The position numbers and the translations under genes were made by a program. Below, one piece after another: positions 52,780 through 64,000 of a stretch of DNA of 64,000 nt. Numbering within the stretch: position 1 is the stretch's first letter; the number at the start of each line of letters is the position of its first letter. The notes under the pieces were generated by a model that searched no databases, was not told where the DNA came from, and was given only the letters and a program-made list of their open reading frames with translations. Source of the stretch: Fistulifera solaris (taxonomy: Eukaryota); contig AP026169.1 of NCBI GenBank assembly GCA_030295235.1, positions 496,001 through 560,000 on the forward strand, written 5' to 3'.

Positions 52780-54282
52780 ATGTCAGCAACTCCAGATTCT
52801 CTACAAGTCAAGCCGACGAAGTTTGATGAAGGCAGCACTTCTCCCTCGTCAGGCAATACTACTGACGAAGAAACACCCGAGCAGCGAGGTTCCGATGGCA
52901 AGAGCCCTTCACAAGGCAACTTGAAAGATGGACATCACAACTTTGCCCCGCTCTTCAAGTACTCATATTCGCTGGTGCTATTGCTTTTTTCGATCGTCGT
53001 CGTTACCGCCACCATCTTCACAGATCAGACGAAAATGGCAGCAGACGTCAACGCAGCCGTTGCTTTCATTCTTCTTTGGGTTCTTACGCTTTGGCTGGCC
53101 GTCATGGAAGGAGGACAAGGTTGTCTCGTGGGGTTGCAGCCAGTCGACAAAACGCTGTTCGCAAAGTCGCACCCAAAGGCGTTGAAGGTTACGAAATTGG
53201 CTCACGAAGGAAACAACTTGGAACGTTTTATTGTCGGTAGGCAGTTCCTTGTCGTACTTGTTATCTTTGTCATCAACATGTGTGGATCGGCATTAAAAGG
53301 CGCCAGCGTTCTCAACTTGCCCGACTTTATGGTGGAGATTTTCATTAACTCTGGCGTCGCTTTGATTTTGATGACAACCATTCTTGGACAGTTGACCGCG
53401 CAAGTGAACGCCGCCGACTGCATGCTCGACTTCATCAACAACTATGTTATGTTGATCACAACGCATGTTTCCCTTTTCATCGAAATGTCAGGGTTGCTCC
53501 ATTCCGTCTACCTGGTTCAGTTTATTTTTGCCAAGATCACCGGCAAAGCCTCGGATTCCCAACCGGAACGCACTATCCCGCAAGCTATCTTCTTCTGGCT
53601 CCGAATTGTTTTCTCGGTGGCTGTCTTGTCTTTTTCCTTGGTGGTCACCTTGGTTGCGCTCTTCGACGGCAAGACTACAATGTATAGTGGTGTCCCAGAG
53701 CCTGTGTCAGTAACCCTTCTATTTGCTTTGATGGCGTTCGTTGGAATGATGGAAGGTATGCAAATTGCTCTCTTCGCCGTCATCAACTTGCCCAAGGACG
53801 AGCTACAGAAACATCCTCAAGCAGCCAAGGTATGCGAAATGGTCTTTTCTAGGTCACATTTACAAGCTTTTCTTGATCGGACGCCAGATCTGCGTCACGT
53901 GTTGCATGTTCATCGTCGCTCGCGTCACCACCTGCAGCGTCGATGAGGGCGAGTCGACAATTTTCGGTGTCAGTGCGGGTGTCCAAAATTTCTTCAATAC
54001 AGGTCTACTGGGTGCTGTGATCACAACGATCATCGGATCATTAGCCTGGCGCATCATTGCCTCGGCTTTCCCGGTGGCCTTTTGTCCAACCCGCTCAACT
54101 ATTTGACCATTCGTCTGTGCTTGTTTCTCGAGGCATCTGGTGTTTGCTCGGCGGCATGGGTCGTCGCACGGGTGCACCGAAAGGTGGCTCGATTTGAACC
54201 GGATGTCGAGTATCTTGGTACTCCGGAATCGAGAGAATCGCGCAAGCAAATCGCCGACGATCTCGAGTTGCAGGAAAATTAG
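52780..54282 (+). CDS. SIT: Silicon transporter (SIT family)
   Basis: Multi-TM protein with EGGQ, GRQ, CMLD, EGMQ and a second GRQ motif. Frameshifts near 53870 and 54082. Confidence 0.95.
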
Positions 54283-55342
54283 ATGCTATGACCAGCACGA
54301 ACGAAACATTTGTAACGTTGATTAAAAAAGGCACTATAAATCAAAGAAATCATAGAATATTAAAAATTTTCGTTGCTTCGTTTTTATTTTGTAACGGTAC
54401 TTTGATTGACGCGTGTTTGGGTGATGGGCATTCAAATTATCCAGCGTCCAGCCTTGGATCGATGATGCGATCGATCCATGTAGTCTAAACTTTCATCCTT
54501 TGAAAAACATTTCCTTAATAAAGGGCTCGCGCATGCATTTTAGCAGAAACTGAAGTGCGATTATGCGAAAGGACATAGTACTTGTTATCAAATTCAAGAG
54601 GCACTGAACCTAGTCGAGTACCGGTGCGCATGACCAAAAATGCGCACGTAACCGAATAACCTACGTCACTCAAAGGCTTACTTCAACCCACTACATTAAG
54701 ATGATAATGTCACTCCATCTGGTACTGGACGTCTATCTGAATTACCACTGTAAATTTTTCTTCCCACTTCGATCCCCAGACTGGCTTTATTTGCGACAGT
54801 CATTGGACACGAAGATCATCGATACAGTAGAGTACAAAAACTTTTATAGAGTACTGTCAAATGGAATTTGGCTACTCGTATTCTTTGGATTTTGGTGGCC
54901 GGCTCGCTCCATCTTCCGATGCATTGGTTCAGCCATCGAGCGCGTGTCCAGCCACCTCCTCTATCAAATCCTCCGACATTGGTGGGAGATTCTTTTTCCA
55001 GGGTCCACTCCGATGAATTCATCACACATGACGGGAAATAGTGGTGGAGTGGTGGAGAACCAAAAAAGCGAAAGGTCTGCAATAGAGAGCATTACAATAA
55101 GTTATTTGGTTTTTGATCTATTTTTTTTTAACAAACGTTAGTCTTTACACATTACTTCGCTCAAGTTCTGCTCATTATTACTCATTACAGTAATAAAGAA
55201 GAGCACATCCGACTTTCAATTCAAGCTAAAGCATCTTAACAGAACACTCACCAATCCATACGGCATTGGCACCTCCAAACGCTTTCGATACAGAAAGAAA
55301 ACACCCACATCCTCGAAACTTACCCGCGCCGCATATCGTAGT

Positions 55343-56615
55343 ATGTCTACTGTTGAACTATCTCCGCCCACTGTTGTGTCTCCCAAGGTAACTGCGTATA
55401 TACAACACTTGGCCGACAAGAAATCATCACCCAGCTTGCGATCTGCGTATACACAATCCGCTTTAGAACGACGTCGCCGTCGGGCTGCTCGATTGCGTCA
55501 TCAGCGCATCGTAGCCGAGGATCCTTCCGCATCATCAGCTCCTTCGGGTCCGTTTGACGAACCGAGTTACGTTTCCTCTTCTTCGGAAAGTAGCGAAACA
55601 AACTCTCCCAGGGCCAGCCAACAGAATCATCATCTTTACGTTCCGCCACTATCTCACCCCATGGATCATCAATCGGTGGTATCTGCTCTCTCGGAAGATC
55701 ATCCGGCGTCCTATCCCATGCCCGTGACATCGGAAGTGGCGGCGGCGTGGGTGTCATGCAGACAACTACGACAGCCATCCCCGCCATTCCTGAAGAAAAC
55801 ACGTTGCTGAATACCGATTACTTGTCCAGCAACAACTTCATTGATGCCTTGATTGCCGAAAGTTCTCAAAGGTGGAAATCGGTGAGAGAAGAAGTGGTGG
55901 GGAATACGACTACGGGCAAGTTGCTCCGCCAAAAAAGTGATGAGACGGCCATGGCCCACAATCTTTTTCGTCGTTAACATTGAATGAAGCTTTGAATGAA
56001 GAACAAGAACCGAATTTATTTTTGCAGCAGCAAGCGGAGCTAGAGAACTTTCGAAAAAGTTTGCTCCAAGGCAATTCTCCCTACTCGGACATACTGGACA
56101 CGACAACCGAACAGATTGATCACATTCCGGTTGAGCATGTAGAAGTCCCCGCGGCCGAGGCACAAGCGCCCGCCGATGATCTCACGGTCTGGTCCGGATG
56201 GACCCAGCATCCTACGGCAGTGCGTCGACCACAGACTCCATTTGAAGACTTTCCTCCCGTACAAGGTCGTCGACCAGATATTGATGAAGCATCGGAATGC
56301 GCGATACCGACCAACCGTCGTGTGCGAGATCTGCCCCTCACCATGACGGCGGCGAATGGGACGGTCCGCAAAGCGCTGTATTCGGGTTCCTTGACCGAAA
56401 GTGGTCAAGTGACGGGAGTCGGCGTGTTGAAATTCCCCGAAACGGGAGATCTCTATTGCGGTGAAATTGTCAATGGAAAGATGCACGGTCAGGGAACCTA
56501 CACATTCGCATCGTCCAAGAAACGAAAGGCGGGCAAGGTGTTAAAAGGCCAGTTTGATCACAATGTTTACGTTGGCTGGGTGGTGCACCACGAAGCTGAT
56601 ATCAGTGAAATATAG
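55343..56615 (+). CDS. MORN-repeat protein 1 (short C-terminal MORN block)
   Basis: 'LYSGSL..GVGVLKF..LYCGEIVNGKMHGQGTYTF'; three ORFs joined by frameshifts. Confidence 0.7.
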
Positions 56616-57016
56616 GATACATTGTATAAGTTTAGTGTCTTACGTTTAGTTCAAGGCAACATCCTGCGTTGCTAGTTATCTTTAAGTTATTGCCTAGAGA
56701 GATCTGCATGTTACTTGAAGCCTATTATTTTTAGTTTTTACTACGTAGTATACGTCCTGTAGAACGAACTACGATAGGAATAGGGTTGAAATCGCTCGTC
56801 GTGCGACCGGGAAGTAAATGAGGTTTTCCTAAAAAATTCACTAGTATGGATTATAAAGTAGCTTGGAGTGCGCAAGCCGAGCTTGCCGATGTCAAACTAA
56901 TTCGCCATGTGATCGCCAACTATCATCATCGGCAAGACAAAACAAGAACACGAAAACGAGAAGGTAGGAACCATTCTATTGATAGTGGAGTCTGATTCAA
57001 AGGACTAGCAAAAGAA

Positions 57017-59832
57017 ATGAATAAAAATTACTTTTTCGACGAGCTGTCGTCGACAGGATCGGCAGATCCTCCTTTGCCACTCGAATCGCCTACAAACACA
57101 GCCGTCACGAATGAGGTAGAATCGGCGCCATCGTTCTATCAACAAATGCAAAATGAAATACAGCATCTGCGCAACAAAGTTGACAAACAATTGTCGGATA
57201 TGGTACTTTCTAGTACGCTTGAACTAAAAACGCTGACGGATCAAATGAAGATAATGAAGGAAATGGATTCAAGTACTCCAACCCGACAATCTTCGCCTTT
57301 GCGTCAAACGGTGCACCCGAACTCGCCAGGATCTTTACGAGATCTTGCGAGTCCGAGAAATCGGTGTCCACAATCAGGGGGCCGTAAATCTCACTCCAAT
57401 GCGCTATCAGTCACATCGTCTGCGTCATCTCGTCTACGAGAAGATTATTCTCGTGATATTACTGAGCCAACCACGAATTTATCTCGTCATGCCTCTCGAC
57501 AACAACGTCGCCGTGCTCAGTTTGAATCTCGTTCTACATCTTCGTCGACATCATCGCGCCTGAACGAAGTAGTTTCTCATGATATCACTGAGCCAGCGGC
57601 GAATTTGACCCGCTATGCCAACCGTCGACATCGTCAAACAGAAACGTTACACGTACAAACGAGCGAGCCAAGGACAGCAGTATCTTCTATGTCAGGTTCA
57701 GAATCTTCTCCCATTTTTAAAGAAATAGTGATTTCCTCGCGGAACAGGCCAGCTTTGCAGAGTCTTGCCAGTTCTCCAACTGAAAAGGGTGTCGCCCTCG
57801 CAAACGACCGTTTGGGACAGATTAATGAAGAGGAAAATGAAGATGAGAGTCTTGTTGAGCAGAGCGATCCAATTGAGTATCAAGAGATTCATGAAGTAAC
57901 GCGAAAACAGCACAAAGTACCCAAAAGGAAAAATAAAGACCTACTTGCCCATCCACCTAATGAAACATATCCACCTACGAGACGAGGGGCGGCTTATGAT
58001 AAATATCGGACTCTTAACAAGGAGACTCTTCTCCGTCCTTGGAGACAGAAAAGAATGACAAACGCGGCAACACAAATGATGGAGAAGGCGATGATAATGA
58101 ACCGATGTCTTACACTCATAATGATCAGCAGCAGAATACCAATTACGGACTACCCTTGGTTCAAATGGTGTCATCTGATGAAGTATCCAATCCGCTTCCA
58201 GAGGAAACCAATGATCCGGCTCGAGCTCTGTCTCCAATTTATGACAAAACGCGAATTTCAGAGCAGTATATAGTTCCGCCCGACAGTTCTAAAGTGCTCA
58301 ACCAAAACGCACACCTCGAAAGTGGTCCGCTGTCTCCTAGTGAAAAGGTATATCGACAACACGAAAACGCGAAGGAGAGCGGATTGGGGGCGCATTGGAG
58401 TTTATTTAGCATGGGAATACGAAAAACAGATCCTTCTTTAGTGAATCATGATGAAGAAGTGGACCATTCCGAGGATGAGAGTCCGAGCGAACCAAAGGAT
58501 CAACCCCTGACTCCTCCCACATCACATGCAACAGCAGAGTCCTCATCACCGTCCATCATCGAGAGGAACTCGCCAGAGCCGACCATGATGGATGAGACTA
58601 CTCCACGACGCAGCCTTGCTCCAAGCCAAAGTCCTGTAAGAAACGATGCATCACCGTGGCAATCCGCTTTGCAAGAGAGGGTATCAGTACCAATGCAAAA
58701 TCTATTATGTGGAACAGGTTCACCCACATTTACCTCCAATCAACTAGTAGTTTCGCCCCGACAAACAATAACATACCAGCTGCCGAGACAAACTGCCACA
58801 AGCATCAACTATACCGAACCAGGGAGACAACTTGACGATCCACCCGATGCAACGGTTTATGACCCCGTGCTGCCTTCGCGGCAGGATGACCCATCACCCA
58901 CTTCCATCGAACGAAGAAACCAATCGCTGCCGAACGCCAAGCTGCTGCGCGCTGCCATGGCAACGTCCGAACAATGTGCTATAACCATTTATCCTTCTAT
59001 TGGTACATATCATGACGCCATTGTCTTGAAAACCTACAATGAAGAGAAGAAAGAAGAGGAATCGGCTGTTGCGGTTCGGTCCAAGGGTGAAAGGAGGGTT
59101 CGATTGGAGCAAGTTGAAACCAAAACAGTGCAAGATCCATACGGTGACTATGGTGTGTACACGGGGCTACTTCTAAAAGGTCTGCCGTATGGACAAGGTA
59201 CGATGGCGTACGCCGATGGACGTACCTATGTAGGTGAATGGAAGAGTGGTCGCTGGCACGGCCACGGGAAAACCACATTTAGTAACGGCGACGTGTATAT
59301 TGGTCAATATTATATGGACAAACGACACGGTTTTGGTCGTTATGAGTGGATCGACGGTCGCATTTATGACGGTGAGTTTAAGAATGATCAAAGAGAAGGA
59401 AAAGGAACGTATAGTTTTCCAGATTCATCAGTGTATTCGGGCGACTTCCACAAGGGGTTGCGACATGGACAAGGATGTTACAAATTTGCGGACTCGTCAG
59501 TGTACAACGGAGGCTTCAAGAACGGCAAATATGACGGAGTTGGGGAATGTATATGGGCCGATGGGCGATGCTATCGTGGGGAATGGAAAGATGGTTGGGC
59601 TCACGGGTACGGCGTGGAAATGCGAGCCGATGGGACGATTCGTCATGACGGTGAATGGAAGCGTGATAAACCCGTCAGGAGGAACAAGGATGATGCAAGA
59701 CGGAGCACCAGCAGAGGCCGAGAACACGGTAATAGGCTTCAAAAGATCAACTCGGAAGTCGACCGGTATACCGTTGTTTATGTCAAGGAACAAGAGTCGC
59801 TTCAGAGTAGTTCGACAGATAGTGAGCTTTAA
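57017..59832 (+). CDS. MORN-repeat protein 2 (disordered N-terminus, ~7 C-terminal MORN repeats)
   Basis: Repeated YxGxWxxGxxHGxG at about 59130-59670; frameshift near 58030. Confidence 0.85.
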
Positions 59833-60548
59833 GCGTCCATTCTGAAGGAGCTGCCGAGATATTTTGTAATATTGTTCATCAACCATTACCGTTTTTCACA
59901 TAGACTCTTAGGAGTGACTCTGTGCTACTGATTGCATAGCTTTGTTCTCTTTAGGTTGGCTGGATTTGCCATGTCGAAGACTCGAAATGTCAGCGGCTTT
60001 TAGCAATGCTCGTGTATCCACAATATAATCTTCGGAGTAAGAAATACTGAGTAGAATTTACGAGTTCAGTTCTGAAGAACAATGCCCAGGAGTGAAACTT
60101 CTACATGGCGACTGTTCGTTTTCTGCGTTTCTTAAAGTAACCAGTTAGGATTATCTTGATTTGGTTGGAAAAGTCTTCATCAGCATTAGGAATGTGTGTA
60201 TCCTTTCCTTTCATTGACCATCCTGTCTCCCCAATTTACTCTAAAATTAATGTGTAGGCGACCTTTTACCGCGACTGCGCTGCAATTCAGTCGAGCGTCA
60301 GGCGTCATCACCTACAGAACGCCGCGCACCCCAATACTCCTTTGGCGCACCTACCAATCAAGAGAAACGACGGCAACAGTTTATGCATCCTATCCTATCG
60401 ACAAAATTACTTTATAAAGAGGATTTCTTGCTTGTTTCGGCAAAATTTACCATCTTCGTTTCGTTAAAGAAGCAACAAGAAAGGTAGCGCTCGCATCTTC
60501 CTCGTTGTAAAAAAGAATGCCCAGAGAGCATTCGAGGGAATCATCATC

Positions 60549-62814
60549 ATGTCGATCGAAAAGGATGACACCGTTCAAACGCGACACGTCGATGGCGAAA
60601 CAATATCCGATGCGAGTGGAAGAATGGGAGTGTATACCGGAGAAATTCTGATTTGCGAAAACGGGAAAGAACTTCCCCACGGTGTCGGTGGGTTCATGTT
60701 GTATCATGCTCCGCCGCCGTCTTTGCCTCCGCCTCCTCCTCCGGGGACCGCGTCAACAACGCCTGTCACGAAGCCAAGCACTCCACCATTGAATGCCATC
60801 ACAGTTCTCAAGTACGAAGGAGAATGGTGGCAAGGTCACTGGCATGGCAAGGGAAAGTACAGCTTATCGAGCGGCGACGAATACGAGGGTGCCGTTTGTT
60901 TTTCCAAAAATCACGGCAGAGGAGCCTTGCAATACGCTGATGGACGTCACTATAAAGGTCAGTGGAACAACAATCTACGAGAAGGGAAAGGAACATTCAC
61001 ATGGCCGGGAGGGTCGTATTATGAAGGAGAGTTTGTGCAAAATCTTCGACACGGACAAGGACATTTCGTCGATCCGAAACGAGCGGTCGAGTATACCGGA
61101 AGGTGGGAACGTGGGGTGTATCAAGGCGAAGGAGTCTATCAATGGACGGATGTCAAAGGACAAGTTCATTGCTATACGGGAACATTCATGCAAGGGAAAC
61201 CCCACGGTAATGGTAAAGAAGTGAATCAAACCACGGGGGATACGCGTCACGATGGATTATGGCGGAATGGAGAACCGGTCATCGAATTGAGTGATCTCGT
61301 TTCTTCTGAAACTTTACTCTCTTCGCGTGTCGCGGCTTCCGCTAAAACGGTATCGCGCAAAGAAAAAAGTCATACGACTGTCGTTCAGGATCATATCTAT
61401 TTTGATAACGAAGGCAGACAAATTTTGTATCGGGGCTTGTGGAACTCGGAGAAAGAGATTCCGGACGGAAATGGGACAGCCGAATGCCTCAAAGGGTCTG
61501 ACAAGGGTAGCACCGAAGAATGGAAATCGTACGAGGGTTGCTTTATCGACGGAATGTTTCATGGTCACGGAAGGCTTCATTTGGCATCGGGGGATATGTA
61601 CGAAGGGGATTTTGACAAAGGGCTCCGACATGGGAAAGGCTTGTATAAATGGAAGGATGGTAGGCAATATACCGGTCAATTTGTGAAGGGTTCTCGGCAC
61701 GGTATAGGGTGTATGGCTTATCCGGATGGTAGTTTGTACGAAGGATCATTCGAAAATGGACAGCGTCACGGTTATGGCAAGTTCATGTTTGGTGCAGGTG
61801 GCGCCATGTACGAGGGTGAATGGAAAGATGGCAATTATAATGGGACTGGAGTGCTGGTACACCAGGATGGGTCCACGTATTCTGGAGATTTCGTAGATGG
61901 CCAGTCTCATGGTCTGGGCAAAGAAGTCAGTTCTGCAGGTGTCGTCACTTACGAAGGTACATGGGTTCACGGAAAGCCTGAAAACTCCACTGTTTCGGAT
62001 TTTTCAGACCAAGAACTAGAACAAGAGGCGACGATGAGAGCAGTGAATAGTGACTCTGATACCGCTGAACTCGAAGCACGTACAGAATCTGAAGCGGAAA
62101 ATGCCGCTGAGTCGCCTTTGCCAAAAAAATGAAGACAACGACGATCATGAAGCTGTTGTAGACGAACCAATCCTTGATGCTCAGGGAAATCCGGGAAATT
62201 ACACCGGTCTTGTATCAAAACGCACGCGTCGCCCCAACGGTGTTGGTAGACTTGTGTATGGAGATGGCAAACGGATCCATGAGGGCTTTTGGAAGGACGG
62301 ACGCAAGGAAGGTCACGGAAGATGCCTATTCTTTCCACATCGTGATTTTCATGAAGGGGATTATCACGATAATCTTCGTAGCGGCAAAGGCATATATAAA
62401 TGGAGCGACGGTAGGTGCTTTGAGGGTAATTATGTGAAAGACTTGAGAGACGGCTACGGTGTCTTCACTTACCCCAGCGGGGAAAAATATGAAGGAAATT
62501 TCTGCGAAGGCCGTCGATCTGGCTACGGTCGGTTTACGTTTGACAAGGGTAGGAGTGTATACGAAGGTGAATGGAGTGATGGAAAGTATCATGGTTATGG
62601 GTCTTTGCGCTGGGGACAAGGCTTTCATTACGAAGGTGAATTCGTCGACGGAAGATTTCACGGACATGGTAAGAAGTTGGACCCCCAAGGCCACGTGATT
62701 CTCGAGGGCGAGTGGGTTGCTGGCAAATACCTCGATTTCGAAAACAAGGAAGACGATAAGTCATCGGAGCACTTTGATACAATAGTTGTCACTGAAGGCG
62801 AAGAGGCTTACTAA
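60549..62814 (+). CDS. MORN-repeat protein 3 (three MORN blocks)
   Basis: About 20 MORN repeats in three blocks; frameshift at A7 run 62123-62129. Confidence 0.85.
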
Positions 62815-63185
62815 AAGAACTTTATCACGCCAGCTAAGCAGGCTAAAGTCGGATTGGATTCGACCCACAAAAGTTCACTCTTTCAAGCGCCAACTTATAA
62901 GTAATGCAATTGTGGTATCCGTAATTGATGACATGGAAAACTGCAATCTTCTATGCGGTCCGGGTTAGAAGCCTTGCTACGCTAATATCTAGGATAAAGA
63001 GCCTTACTACTGAGACAGCTAGTCAACGCCGAGGACATAACATTCCGTATTGATGACGAAGTGACTTTAATGGTTCTCAATTTCGGCCTTTGTGTCCGCA
63101 ATTTAATCGACGTGATTGTTGTTGTCTTCTTCATGGAATCCGATTGCGGAGTGGGGCGCCCGCCTTATGAAGGCAAATCTTTGGG

Positions 63186-64000
63186 CTACTCAACGAGGTG
63201 CCCGTTCTCCCACACACCGTGTTTTTTCTTGCCATCAGCGGTAACTTCCATTCCAAGCCCATGTGCCACAGAATTTTTGAATTCACCCGTATACTTTGAT
63301 CCAGAAGCAGAGACGAGTTCACCATTGCCATCATACCGCCCTTCCTTCCATTCGCCTTCATAGTAACCTCCATCAAACTTGTAACGACCAAAACCTTCAA
63401 ACATGCCATCACAGAACTCTCCTTCATATACGTTGCCGTTGTGAAAGGCAAATTTTCCCTGGCCGTGACGCTTGTCCTCGCGAAACATTCCGGTGTATAC
63501 GTCCCCATTGTCCCATTTATAAACTCCTTTACCATGTCTAGCGTCAAATACAAACTCTCCTTCATAAGTGTCTCCATTGGGATTTAATAGCTTTCCCTTG
63601 CCATTCCATTGCCCATTAATCCAATCACCCGAGTAAAGTCGGCCACTATCATAGCTCATTTTACCAGTACCGTGCGGAAGCCCTTCTGACACGAGGAAAG
63701 TTCCAGTGTAACGCCCCGAATCACCGTATTTATCTCTTGATTGTACATTCGACACTGAGAAAAGAAACTTTTCGGTTGGCAATCCAGCTTCTTCGGCGGC
63801 TTTCTTCGCTGCAAGGGCGTCCGCCATCACACCATCATCAAAGAAGCAGTTGTACAGGAGTGGTTCCGCAGAGTCATCATCACTCGGCGCTGTCCCTGCC
63901 GGGCTGGGCAGATCCAACAAATTCGGCGGAGCAATGGATGCGATTCGAGCTAGAGGTTTAGGCTCTTGCGATGAAGCTGAGTCCAATCCCATGGGAGGAG
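63186..64000 (-). CDS. MORN-repeat protein 4, probably 5'-partial
   Basis: About 7 MORN repeats at the C-terminus; the frame is open to the window edge. Confidence 0.85.
   Translation of the reverse strand, partial: PPMGLDSASSQEPKPLARIASIAPPNLLDLPSPAGTAPSDDDSAEPLLYNCFFDDGVMADALAAKKAAEEAGLPTEKFLFSVSNVQSRDKYGDSGRYTGTFLVSEGLPHGTGKMSYDSGRLYSGDWINGQWNGKGKLLNPNGDTYEGEFVFDARHGKGVYKWDNGDVYTGMFREDKRHGQGKFAFHNGNVYEGEFCDGMFEGFGRYKFDGGYYEGEWKEGRYDGNGELVSASGSKYTGEFKNSVAHGLGMEVTADGKKKHGVWENGHLVE

Noticed and set aside
54701..55141. 146-aa ORF downstream of SIT
   Set aside because: No recognisable domain and an atypical composition; probably spurious.

Overview
Gene-dense eukaryotic nuclear DNA, almost certainly from a diatom. 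Support: a SIT-family silicon transporter, signal+transit-peptide plastid presequences ('AAF', 'SAF', 'CAF'), a signal-peptide-bearing Cdc48, and short GT-AG introns of about 65-100 nt. About 28 protein genes are recognisable. They include housekeeping genes (primase small subunit, Obg, IspE, HemE, Nup153-like, GOSR1, S-formylglutathione hydrolase, TEX10/Ipi1, DDX49/Dbp8, Sec16), an HMG-box factor, a GT90 glycosyltransferase and four adjacent MORN-repeat genes. Most long genes are split by 1-bp frameshifts, often in homopolymers; these look like assembly indels, so CDS boundaries are reconstructed and approximate. The most interesting items are: (1) a secreted polyprotein of 18 RxL-delimited His/acidic + Lys-rich units, a candidate new biosilica peptide precursor; (2) an 81-bp hairpin element in three copies; (3) domain insertions (SAM inside FKBP, PA inside an RNF126/181-type RING E3); (4) a Sec16 carrying 13 WW domains; (5) the MORN gene cluster beside SIT. 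All family assignments come from motif recognition; no database search was run.
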